This document shows, piece after piece, positions 27,201 through 39,500 of a stretch of 64,000 nucleotides of DNA (its first letter is position 1; each line of letters begins with the position of its first letter). The position numbers and the translations under genes were made by a program. The stretch lies in the NCBI RefSeq assembly GCF_036588685.1, contig NC_086386.1, forward strand, positions 21,886,001 through 21,950,000. Direction: 5' to 3'. The notes under the pieces were generated by a model, which had not been told where the DNA came from, searched no databases, and saw only the letters and a list, made by a program, of their open reading frames with translations. This DNA comes from Mytilus trossulus. Lineage: Eukaryota.

Positions 27201-27600
27201 ACCATTGATATACTTCCTTGAAACGAGATGAATAGTAAATATTGAATACCAGAATTACCATTCTAAGGAAGAACAAAAACATAAGGCTATGTCCTGCATA
27301 GTAGCGATTTAACATTTAGTAGATCTCGTATCTGTGAATCCTAAGTGTTATTTATTTTCAACATTGCAATTAACAGTTCAGAGGACAAACATATGTACGT
27401 GCATGTAGTATATAGTATACCAATTAGCTATTCCAAAGTTAAAGGCAATGTTAGCTACCGTTAAATTTATTTTTATGTTGTAACACTCCTATTTATACAG
27501 TACAACTTATAATTTACTTGCATATGTATTCATTCAATAAAAGTTAATGCTTACCGTTGGCAGTGAAGATTATGCAGAGAATTACACATTGTAGAAACAT
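15292..27600 (-). CDS. Gene B: single-pass membrane protein, six-Cys ectodomain, PPxY tail, 306 aa; complement(join(15292..15725,16047..16201,16866..16976,24077..24251,27555..27600))
   Basis: Exons of 46+175+111+155+434 = 921 nt give an open frame; GT-AG introns, phases 1,2,2,1. Signal peptide MFLQCVILCIIFTANA; ectodomain C-x13-C-x5-CC-x7-C-x15-C; TM LFRILPAVIVVAMIIFVCVCCCL; basic RKQRRMRLKNRRR; NPPAYEAI and SPPAYEDI. Confidence 0.85.
19260..19500 (+). repeat. Interspersed repeat (AAAAGTAAAATCACAAAAATA family)
   Basis: Homologous to 45207-45400 (+) and 50870-51010 (-). Confidence 0.75.
20436..21888. mobile_element. 1453-bp non-autonomous DNA transposon, possibly P-superfamily, in intron 2 of gene B
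   Basis: Perfect 25-bp TIR CATGGAAGTATTATATTGACAGGAA (34 bp with 2 mismatches); 7-bp TSD ATTTGAC (20429-20435, 21889-21895); a paralogous empty site lies at ~22245-22320. Confidence 0.85.
25915..27030. repeat. Diverged local tandem duplication (~490 and ~620 bp units) in intron 1 of gene B
   Basis: 25921-26000 matches 26406-26482, and 26275-26390 matches 26905-27030. Confidence 0.75.
26600..26637 (-). other. Candidate alternative signal-peptide exon 1 of gene B, out of frame by one T as assembled
   Basis: ATGAAGATTTTTCTTATTC-T9-ACTGCCTATG|GTAAGT. With T8 it reads MKIFLILFFTAY plus a phase-1 donor; its 3' end resembles exon 1 of B (TTCACTGCCAACG|GTAAGC). Confidence 0.45.
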
Positions 27601-28974
27601 GGTTGATTTAGAAATGTTTTATTTTGTTCAAATACACATATATATTTAAACATAAAACATGATTATTCGGAAACATACTAATTGTAATTAATATGGATTG
27701 GTACATTAAAATACCTATCAACTGTTGCTATTATATATATTAAGGAGAACAGGATGTCCTTGTTGTTCAAAAGCACTATAAAGTCACGTGGATAATTTGT
27801 ATTTGTTTACAGTTATCATAAATACAGTCTCCATGAGAAGATAACAACGAGACATTCAAACACCATTACTCGAATAGAAACAGACCAATACCTGTGTATG
27901 ACAAAAACAAAAGCTAGTTGACAAACAGCAGTCATAAAAAACTGGACTATTGAGAATAGTAAATCCTATTAAACTCATTTAGTTCAAAACCCAACACATT
28001 AATATAAATGGTATTACCCTTGAACCGATAACATTTATATAAGTTAGTCAAAGATGTTATAAAATACATCAATCAATTTGTTAATGCTTATTTGTTGTTA
28101 AGATTTGCAGTTTTATAGACGCTATGTACAGTCACTGAAAAGAATGTCTTTTTAAAAAAAGTTATTTGTTTATGTTTTTTTTTGCATAAACAATAAACTG
28201 TATATTCCAAAGAATTTATCAAATGTATGCTTCAACAATGTACACAAATATGCCTAAGGTCTCGACAAGTATGTACGTGAATGTTTTTTTGTATTTAACA
28301 TTAAATTAGGATCGCCATTTCCAATTACACTCTAGGATATTGTCATCAATCTATTTCTACAATGTATGGAAACAGATCACTTTGCAAATGTTTCAATTAC
28401 ATTTTGCTTTTAAAATATATATGCTAGAACAATTTAGGCCAATTTGATTTTTTTTATTACCATTTACAGATTAATATTATGCTACAATTTCTGATCTCTC
28501 TTAAGAATGCTGCCGATTTCAAATTTATAAGTGTAATTAATAAAGCTTTGTTGACGGGGGTTTTGATTCATTATTTCAATCTACGTTCCGGTACATCCAT
28601 AGCGACAGTGGTCGTCAAAACGGAAACTCTTACTTGAACAATAATGTCATTTTATTGTCATACTATGCACTTGTAAACGAGGAAACAATTAGAAAAAATA
28701 TGAATCATTTTAAATTGTATGAAAACCCAATACTATGACAGGTATTGACGAATAAATATTCCAACATTCAAATGGCTTTATAATCGAACGTTTTGTAATA
28801 AAGAAAGAACCACATACACCTGAGGTCAATTTTGCTTTGGTAAACAGGAACATAGATTTCATAATAATTGTTGGATTACGTACAATTTAAATCAGAAAAG
28901 ATATGTTATCATGTCAGTCTAAAGCCCTTAACCTAACTGTAAGACTCGGGCAATCGATGTCCAACATCATAATT

Positions 28975-29532
28975 AGGAGAAGGTCCGGTAAGGGCCGATT
29001 TTAGCGTCATATTTCAGGTTCATATAACGAAAGATTTTGGACACTTTTAAAACATTTAAGAGTTTATTTCAATTGATTCAATTACTTGATGTGAAAGATT
29101 TTAACTGATTTAGTCATTACAAACGCTCCGATTCAAGCTCAAATATGACAAATCTATCAAATATGCAAAATACGTCATTTGTCAGATTGTTTTTGTTAAA
29201 AATGAAAGTGGCCGCGTTCGTGTTTATCCTCAACCTTAATATATGTCATGTATTATCGTCAAATACAACTAACATTTCAATATTATAAATGAACACGAAT
29301 GTGGCCACTTTCATTTAAGACGGAAATTCTCAAATTATGACGATATCAGTTTTTTAGCATGACATAATGATGCTAGTATCCGATATATGTACATTGTATT
29401 GTTAAAAACATCCCATATTTTTGTAGCAGAAGCATTATACTTTCCAGTAAATAGCTAAAAGATTACATTTTCAGAATTTTGTAAAACTGCTATATTTTTG
29501 GACCAAAAGGGGGTCTTACTGAACCAACTTTT
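28975..29532. mobile_element. MITE inserted in the left arm only
   Basis: Imperfect TIRs AGGAGAAGGTCCGGTAAG / CTTACTGAACCAACTTT; internal inverted repeat AATGAAAGTGGCC...GGCCACTTTCATT; absent at the equivalent right-arm site (~32835). Confidence 0.75.
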
Positions 29533-30039
29533 TTTCCCAGTGTTAGAAATCAAAACAAACTTAATGAATATAGTGCATATTTTTAGAATAACATTAACTA
29601 TCGTTCATTTGTACTAAACAATTGAAATTCAGAGATGTATGGCTGCTTGAACAATTACACAAAAACATTTAGAGAAAAACCTTATGCATAATCAATCTTA
29701 GGTCAACTTTCTGGACCGAGTGAGAATCTTAGTTTCAAATATAAACTCATCTTCCCTTAGGAATAATTTAAGAATAATGTTATAAATATTGGTATTGCTA
29801 GGCTCGCATTGTGCCTTTGCTTCGCTTTATGTATATTTTTATAAAATGAGTTAAAGAATATCAAGAGTGATTACGACCGATACATGCTTACTACAATAGA
29901 GATAACCATATAATATATTGACTTTAAATTATAAATAATCGTACAAGGTACAATATTCGACAGAAGTGATAAAATGTATCCATACGAAAAATATGAAAGT
30001 AGAGACAAAACTTATCCAGGTCATTCAGTGTATAGACAT

Positions 30040-30870
30040 AAGTACCGTAGAATTTTCTTGATATGCTGCTGAAATTAACCAAAAGGAACTAAGCAATAAC
30101 GGTCGTTTCAAGATATTTCAAATAACATCAGAAAATCTTCACAAACGTTTTCCAATAGATGGATGATTTTTCTTTCCCTATTGTCAAGTTCAGACCGTGA
30201 TTTTCCTCCTTAAGTCGGTATTTAGTATTTCCTTACTGGTTTGGTATGATTGTGTTAGTAGTGATGTTTTAGATTACAATGAGCGAAATCTCTGCATTAC
30301 TTGTAAATTTTAAATCGGGGATTTTCGTCACCATAACTTTTAAATTTTTTTAATAATTCTTCAATAGTTAAAAAGATTTTGTCTTCAAGTTTGGATGTTT
30401 CCGAAAAAATAACTTATTTCAAACGGATTAACACATTCTTAATCTCATGTTGATTTTGGAAACCAAGCCAGAAAATTTAAATACGATTGTTTTATTGTCA
30501 TAGACATTTATTTATAAAAAAAGAAGATGTGGTATGTATGTAATATGTAAAATGGTTCTAATTTTACTGATATTATCAGTAAATTAAAACCATTTTACAT
30601 ATTACATACATACCACAACTTCTTTTTTATATGCATACTAGTATGCACTTCCACTGTATCACAGTTATATCTTTGACACATATAGTTCGATATTGCACAC
30701 TATCGTGACTTGTACTATTAATGACGAATCCAAATACATTGGATGTTGTGAGCTGATATTTTGACATATTTTGTTGTTATTTGCTTTGATTTATCTTTCA
30801 GTTATTGCGAGTACACTGAGATATTTGATTACTGTCTTTTGTTGTGGAAATTTTTTATTGTTCTTTGTTT
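30040..30870 (+). mobile_element. Heavily decayed Penelope-like RT relic, mirrored at ~31680-32400 on the - strand
   Basis: GATGATTTTTCTTTCCCTATTGTCAAGTTC encodes DDFSFPIVKF, homologous to the 1203-1811 RT. Its 3' part matches 960-1140. Confidence 0.6.
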
Positions 30871-33800
30871 GTTTCTGGCACACTACTGTCGTCCTAGGTG
30901 AAGGTGTGATGAGATCGTACAAACATATTTACCCCGCCAGTAAAACAACCTACCAAGGATGAATTCGAACAATGCATAGGGACATAAGAACATGAGAAAA
31001 GAAGAAAGAAAAAAGTCTGTTGTTACACCCACAGTGTTATTCATTGTGTCAATGAGTTGAATTTGGGGATTTAACATCAGGGATTAGAAGATGTGTAAAA
31101 TATTGCTGAACAAATGAATAATCAATCAGTACATATAAATACATTTATTCTAATGCATAAGCAAACAATATATACTTTACAACTTAAGGTCATTACTATT
31201 TTTTAAATCATATTCATCTACAAAACAAAAAATTATGAAATTCAATGCTATTTAAACGATTTTCTTAATTTGATTATTATAAATATACATTCTAAATAAT
31301 TTCAACCACTTTTTAAACAAAGAGTTAAACATCTGATAGCTGTTTAGTTTCTCGTGGTCTAAGGAATGTTTTCATTGGTATTTTTTTATTTTGTAGATGA
31401 TTGTGATTTAAAATAATTATGACTTTAAGTTGTAATGTAGATTTTGTTTGCTTATGTATTAGATTAAGATGTAGTGATTGATTATTTATTTGTTAAGCAA
31501 TATTTAACGTTTACAAAAGACACATCTTCTAATTCCTGATGCCTCATCCCAAAGTGACACTCGTTGACGCATTGAATAACACTGTGGGTGTCACTACAGA
31601 CTTTAATATGTTTTGTGACCCCATCACACATTAACCTGGGACGACAGTAGTGCTCAGTAACAAAAAAATGAACAATCTAAAATTTCCACAACAGTAGGCA
31701 AATATCTCAGAGTACTCGCAATTACTGAAAGCTATATCAAAGCAAATAACAACAAAATATGTCAAAATATCAGCACACAACATCCAATGTATTTAGTGTA
31801 AAGACGTCATTAATAGTACAAGTCAGAGAAAAACACAACAGTGTGCAATACCGAACTATATGTCTCAAGATATTGTGGTACTGTGGAAGTGCATGCTAGT
31901 ATATGTAATATTAGAAATGGTTTTAATTTACTGATAAAGAAATAATTATTTATGACAATATTATAAAACAATCGTATCTAAATTTCCTGGCTAGGTTAAC
32001 AACATCTCCATGTTTTTTTTTCAGAAACATCCAACTTGAAGATTAAATCTTTGTACCTATTGAAGAAATAAGAAAAATTTAAAGAAAATTGTGGTTAGGA
32101 AAATCCCTAACATTTACAAGTAATGCAGATATTACGCTCATTGTATTCTAAACCATCACTACAGACACGAGCATACCGAACCATTTAGGAAACATCAACA
32201 CCAAATTAAGATGCCGGATAAACATTACGGTTGGATATTGACAATAGGGAAAGAAAAATCATCCATATTTTGGAAAACGATGGTGTAGATTTTCTGATAA
32301 TATTTTGCAATATCTAAATCTAGATAACAACAGTTATTGATAAGTTCATCTTAGTGAATGTCAGCAGCATATCAAGAAAATTCTACGGTACTTATATCTA
32401 CCACACTGCGTTTTTGTCTCTGCTCATTCATATTGTTTTTATGAAATACACTTTATCAAGTCTGTCTAGCTGGTACGATTACGATTATTCATAATTGAAA
32501 GTAGTTATATTAACTCCTTTTACTCAAAATAAACAGAGCAAAGGTAGAGGCAGTACTAGTGGCAATACCATTAAGTTTGACACTTTTCTTAAATTGTTCC
32601 GATGGGTTGATTAGTTGATAATTAAAAAAAAAGATTCTTACTCGGTCCAGAAAGTTTACCTTAGATGGATAAGGCATTAAGTATTTCTTTAAATGTTTGT
32701 TTGTTATTGTTCAAGTATCCATACCTCTCTGGATTTCAATTGTTTAGTACAAATGAACGAGAGTTAACGGTGAAGGTTATTCTAGGAAAACACACCATAT
32801 TAATTAAGTTTATTTTGATTTCTGACACTGGGAAGATTTCTATTGGACATCAATTTCCCGCGTATTACATTTAGCTTAAGGGCTTAAGACCGACATGATA
32901 ACATGATTTATAGTGTGCTAAATCCAACAATTATTAAGAAACATATGTTCCTATTTACCAAAGCAAAATTGACCTCAGGTATATTTGGCTTTTCTTTATT
33001 ACAAAACTTTCGGCCATAAACCCTTTTAACGTTGGAGTATTCATTCGTCAATACCCGTATAGTATTGGGTTTTCCTACATTTTGAAGCGTTTTATATTTT
33101 TCCAATTGTATCCTCGTTAACAAATGCATAGTGTGACAATAGAATAACATTATTGTTCAAGTAAGAATTTCCGTTTTGACAAACACTGTCGTTATGGATG
33201 TACCGGAACGTATTTTGAAAACATGGATCAAAACCCTCGTTAACAAAGCTTTATTAGTTACACTTAAAAATTGAAACCGGCAGCATTCCAAAGAGAGAAT
33301 AGAAATTGTAACATAAAAATAGTCTGTGCATGGTTATAAAAAAATCAATTTGTTCTATATATAGGTCGTAATTCAACTGAATTCTTATGTTTGTTCTAGC
33401 ATATATATTTTTTCAAAGCAAAATGTAATTGAAACATTTGCAGAGTGATCTTTTTCCATACATTGTAGAAATAGATTGATGATACTATCCTAGAGTGTAA
33501 TTGGAAATAGCAATTCTAATTTATGTTAAATACAAAAAATACATTCACGTGCATACTTGTCGAGCCCGTAGGCATTTTTGTCTATATTGTTGAAGCATAT
33601 ATTTAATAAATTCTTTGGAAAATACAATTAATTGTTTTTGCAAACAAAACATAAACATATAACTTTTTTTTTTAAAAGACATTCTTTTTCAGTAACTATA
33701 CATACCGTCTATAAAACTATAAATATTATCGGTTTAAGGGTAATACAATTTACTGAGTTTGCTTTTAAACTTAATGAGTTTAATAGGATTTACTATTCTC

Positions 33801-34037
33801 AATAGTCATGTAATTTTTATGACTGCTGCTTGTCAGCTAGCATTTTTTTTTGTCATACACAGGTATTGTTTTTTTATTGTTGAAGAAATGGTGTTTGCTT
33901 GTCTCGTTGTTATCTTGTCATGGAAACTGTATTTATGATAGCTGGAAACAAATACAAATTTTCCACGTGACTTTTCAGTGCTTTTGAACAACAAGGACAT
34001 ACTGTTCTCCTTAATTTATTAAATATCAACAGTTGAT

Positions 34038-36474
34038 TATAAGTTATCATGCTTTGACCCAACTAACATGGTTATTTAGACGGTGTCGAAAATTGTTGAA
34101 CGGTGAGGACTCCGTCTAAATAATCATGCTAGTTGGGTCAAAGCATGATAACATTTTTCTGTGATTATGCTAACCGTACTAGGTATATAATTAATGAAAC
34201 GTTTAATACACAAGTGTCCTAGATTTCACTACTCAATATTAACATGTTAACTCCGCCCACTGACCTCACTCTTAATGTGTATCGTGTAACCTAATGATCT
34301 ATTGATTTTCCATGTAGTGCATAGTTCATGTGTTTTTATGCCAACTGAAGATGGAGTCTGGTAATAGACGATTTGTTGATACTAGTGATGAAGAAATTGA
34401 ACAAAAACGTTTGAAAATGAGTGCTGACAAAACAATAAAGCAGAATATAGCAGCAGCCACTATTTTCAGGGAGTATTTAAAAGTAAAGAAAATGGATCCT
34501 GGATTTGAACAGTATGACACCTTAAAACTAGATGCAGTGTTGGGTCATTTTTATATGGATGTGTGTAAAGCTGATGGCAATCCTTATAAAACAAATTCAC
34601 TGCAATGCTTGAGATACTCATTGAATAGATATTTTAAGGCTCCACCGTACAATAAAAAAATTGACATCGTGAATGATGAAAGTTTTAGCGCTTCCAGAGA
34701 AAATTTTAAAGCGGCAATGGCAGAACTTAAACGCATGGGATTTGGAGACGTTGAGCATTATCCGTCTATTGACGAAGCTGAAAGAAGAAAAATGTATACC
34801 TCAATATATTTATCACCAAATACTCCATTTTGACTTCAAAATAAAGTTCAGTTTGATATTCGCCTGTATTTTTGTAGACGGGGAATGGAAAATATGCCAT
34901 AAATGACAAAATCCACGTTTTCTGTAAAAAAAATATCCAAAGACGGGGATTAAATATGTGGTTAAAACTTTAGATGAGTTGACAAAAAACCATCGCAGCA
35001 GTGACAAAGAAAAAACGTCAGGGATAATGCCAGAAAATTCCGGTTCTGAATATTGCCCTGTGTCCTCCTTTGAAAAGTATGTAAACAAATTAAATCCAGA
35101 GTGTGACAAACTATGGCAGAGACCAAAAGATCAGTTTGAGGAAGAGGACCCTTTGTCGTATTATAACATTCCTGTGGGCGAAAAAACGCTTGGCAATTTC
35201 ATGTCATACCTGAGCAAGAAGTGCAACTTGTCTGAAATTTACACTAACCATTCAATCCGTGCTATCGGGGCTACTGTTCTAGCTAAAAACTCATATTGCA
35301 ATACACAGATCATGGCCGTAACTGGACATAAGTCAGTAGCATCCCTTTCTTTGTATTAGCGGGTTGATAATGATGATAAGATACGTATGGGACAGACGTT
35401 AACAGAAAGCATCACTGAACCTTCTAAACCATTAGCTTTAATTGCTGGTGAAACATCATCAAATATTCGTGCTTTACCAAGCTCAGTGCCTCCTAAAACT
35501 TTAGCAATTGGTCCTTCTTCTACAGTTCTTCCTCTACCGAATATCACAACAGCCAGCACCACACTTATGAGCACAGAACGTAGTTCCTTTACTTAAAACG
35601 TTGGACAAAAGACCCTGTATACATCTGCTAAGGAACACAAAGCGCCGACGTTGCCATTTAGTGGACCGTTGCCATGCAATACGTTTAAGCCAAAACATTT
35701 AAGTACAACCCAACATGGAAACAACACACAGTCATTTAATGAATCGCTGCAAGGTGTTAATCTAAATGAACTGTTTAACGATTTTCCTGAAACTGCCGTA
35801 AACATAAATCGTACTACACTTTGTCCACACGTTTTCAAAAACTGTTCCGTAACTATTGTTTATAAAAAAGAATGACTTCATTTTTAGAAGAACAGATCTG
35901 ATAGTTTTAGAACATATTTTTTTTTTACCATTTTGTTAAATGTGATCGGGAGCATTTAACTTTGTGTCATTCCATCGTATATTTTTTTTCTTATTTATAT
36001 TTTTCAGAGTTTTCTGGACGAAAAACTTTTTTTTTAAATCTGTTATTACTGTTTAGTTTGTATAATATAATACACAGATGTATAATAAATATATTTTATT
36101 TGAATTTCTCTAGATTTATAGAGCCATTGATTGTGTCATGCATGCATAGATGTCAACCAGTGGAAAATTCCACAAGCGGACAGGCTAATCAGTCAACTGG
36201 CCTTATGTAGGGCAATACACGAAGGTTATCACAAGACAGCGTGTACCTTACTTTGTTCTTTTATAGCACACATGATTTCAGGTCAATAGTTTAAGCACAT
36301 TGGTTAAAGGTCAACATATTACAATGCGATTTCTGATTGGCTACAGGCACATGTTTTGTAAGAAGGTTTCTTCTATTGGGACAATTTGATTGGGTTGTGT
36401 ACGCCGAACATGGTTATTTAGCAGATGGCAAGGCAACCAGTAGAAATCAAGTTTACAACTGCATAACCACACAA
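34038..36474 (+). mobile_element. Crypton-type DNA transposon with a decayed DUF3504-like tyrosine recombinase (coding ~34330-35875)
   Basis: Catalytic signature RRG...YTNHSIRA...IMAVTGHKSVASLSLY (R...HxxR...H...Y). In-frame stops at 34831, 34899, 35357 and 35594 and a frameshift near 34930. Boundaries are defined by the empty site GTTGAT^AGGTAT in the left arm. No TSD; 41-bp hairpin at 34043-34152. Confidence 0.88.
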
Positions 36475-36592
36475 AGGTATTTTAATGTACCAATCCATGT
36501 AAATTACAATTAGTTTGTTTCCGAATAATCATGTTTTATTTTTAAATATATATGCGCATTTGAAAGAAATAAAACATTCCCAAATATCAACC

Positions 36593-39500
36593 ATGTTTCT
36601 ACAATGTATAATACTCTGCATAATCTACACTGCCCACGGTAAGCCTATATCAAATATAATGTTAATTGAATGGATAACGCAAGTAAATCATAATTTGTAC
36701 TGAATAAATTGGAGTATTACAAAATAAAAACTAAATTTAACGGTCGCTAGCATTGCCTTTAACTTTGGAAATAGCTAATTGGTATAATATATGCACGTTA
36801 AAAGCTATGATTGAATAATATTGTGAATAATTTTCAACAGAATAAAAATTAAATTGAATGTCAGGCCAGGTTTGTATGAGGCCAAGTCGCGATACTTACT
36901 TTTTCATTATCTGTTGCGTTCAAAATACAAAGAATTAATACTTGCAGACATTGATCAAGTAATGTTACTTTACTTCATTTAGATAAGTCTACAACTGATA
37001 TCTTTAAAGAGATCTACACACAACTTACATGTATGTGAAGTCCCTTAAAGATCTCCCTATTTAAAATGATTTTTTTTCAATAAAGCTTCCTTATTCTTTG
37101 TTAAAGACACAACAACAAAATCCCTCATAAGAAACTTCCTGTTACAGTAATTAAATCCGACTTGTGAAAGCAATGGAGACTAATATGTTTTCGGCAATAT
37201 TTTTTTTTTTACTTTTGTAATTTGATTTCTTTATCATCTGGTAAGTGAGACTACAATTTAATTCATGTCGTGTTCAAAACAAATGTAAATGATAATCGTT
37301 TATAGACATTTATTCGAGCGGTAATGTACTGCACTTTCTAGAAGATGTTAACATAGGTTTGGACTGTGTAAATAATTTGATTGCAACACATTATGCATAA
37401 TATACAACCATTTTTTATTAGTTGAGATAGATAAATTGGGTATTGAGTTATGCCACACACCAAACAAAACATGTTCACTCAAATAGTTATTCATTATGAT
37501 TACTATTTTCGAAAACATTTAGAAGTTGTCCACACAGAATTGCACGTATGAAAAACATCTCAAAACATATATTACTAATGTGGCAAATACAAGAGTCCGT
37601 AAACTGAAAGCTAATTTCTCGCGTTCTTTCAGTAGTCATCTTATCGCAATTAGCTTAAACATATTTATTTATAGTTGATTGGGAAGCAAGTTTTGCAACG
37701 TATAGTAATCCCTTTCCACTGTGCAGGTACGAGTGCTGCCTTATAGCGGCATCAGCCTGCTCATTTTCGAAATCTACAAGGGTGTCTTTAACGTGCAAGA
37801 GATATGGCTCTCTCTTAACACGGGTCAGTCATTTGTCGTCCCCTTCCGACGAACTATCATCGTTTCCTTAAGACCATACTTGCAGATGGTGTCAAAGGAG
37901 AGCCAAAAATTGAGTTCATGAAATTTTCATCCCGAACGGGAATCGAACCAGGAACCTTTGTGTTAGTAGTCCGATGCACTAACCTCTAAACCACGGCTCG
38001 CTATCTTATCACAATTGAATAGGGAGAGAATACATTTACTGTACGTTTACCCTTCAACATGTTTGTGCTGCTACAAAGTAAGCATCAGAAAGAGATCATC
38101 TTAAAATTGCTATCAGGAACGAAACTATCACTGACTTCTGTTTCAGAGGTTCACAATATTGAGCAGCTTTTTTATATTCTGTTTCGAAGCAGTGTTTGGA
38201 ATTTCTAAAATGTATTTTTGAAATTGCAATACGAAAGAAACTTCAAATACAAATCGAAAATATGGTTTGCAAAATGGTCACGTCTTACATATATTTATTA
38301 CCAAGGAATTCTGGACTTCATAACAACCTAACTTTCTACTTCCTTTTGCTATTTGCAGCTCAGGCGCCGGGTAGGATAACATTATGTGAGTACATATCGT
38401 CGACTGAATTATATTATTGTTCAATAATAGAAGAATGTTGTTACGTCAATGGTGAATGGAGATGCATAAACCAACTCAACAGCGCTTTCCATGGCGATTC
38501 TGGAAACCAACCAAAATGTGAAAAGTATAAAAAAAATCTTTTAATATTATCATACTTTCTAAAAAAAAATTTTACCATGAAACGAACTTTTTATTTAGTT
38601 CTCTCTTATTTTGTTCTTTCGTTAATTGATTTTATCGTGCTGGTCTGCAACATGCTTGTATGTGATAAGATATGAAGCATCCTTTAAAATAGCATTGTAG
38701 AATCCTCAAGACTCATTCTTTGTAATCCAATACTTTTCTGATATTAGCTATTTCTCTCAACACAAATTTTTTTATACTTGAGGGGTTACGTGAGCGATTG
38801 TGACAGGAGTAAAATGGTTGTGTTGGTAAACAATTTCAGGCAACTTCTCCAATTTTTGAATCACAAATTTTAACATGTCTAAAAGCGAACGTTATTTTTT
38901 GTTATCTATCTTGCAATGGATTATGAAATTACGAAATTACCATCCAGTTTTGGTATTTCAAAAGGATGAATATGATTTTGCCATAAGAGAAATAATAGTT
39001 TGCATTATTGAAGCAATCAAATCTTTCTAACACTCATTTGAATTTTAATTTTGACAATTTACATCTTTTACATACATATTATTCTAATCTAGATTTAATT
39101 GGATTACGTTTAAGTTCATCGCATGTCATAGTAATACAATTTTAAGACCATCAATGACAATTGTTGCATTTCATTTTTTGTTTAATTTATTTAACTTTCT
39201 AATTGGAAAAACACACTTTTTAAAACTGCAATTCAAATTTCATAATTTCAGAAAATCGACGCGGTCAATAGACCCTTCGACGATAAACACATATTCAAGA
39301 GATAACTCTGATGAGAAGACAAGTTCTGGAACTATTGTGTAAGGAAAGAGTTCACAAATCAAATTAGAAATACATTGGTTTTAAGCTAGAATTTAAATGA
39401 CGTGAAAAATATCGTAGGCTACACTACTTATAAGTACAACTCGATGCAGATATAAGCGCATTAACGCATCCCAGGCTTTCAAACTGTCCAAGTAAAGTCA

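Larger units (their letters stand above)
27397..36798. repeat. Large inverted duplication: left arm ~27397-31240, spacer ~130 bp, right arm ~31370-36798 (right arm includes a 2.4-kb insertion)
   Basis: Continuous reverse-complement similarity, roughly 80% by eye: 27420-27716 vs 36475-36785, 27717-28960 vs 32845-34037, 31150-31240 vs 31370-31465. Confidence 0.92.

Noticed and set aside
34330-35875. Phage integrase or bacterial contamination
   Set aside because: The motifs are of the eukaryotic Crypton/DUF3504 type, and the element is embedded in intron-containing host DNA with an empty paralogous site.
37930-38000. tRNA-like sequence (also ~13280-13367)
   Set aside because: These are SINE heads: each continues into a SINE body and is flanked by a TSD, and I could not fold a complete cloverleaf.
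38196-38675. 159-aa single-exon ORF (likewise 23932-24282)
   Set aside because: Only the central Cys-rich part bounded by AG/GT is homologous between paralogues; the flanks are intron read-through.
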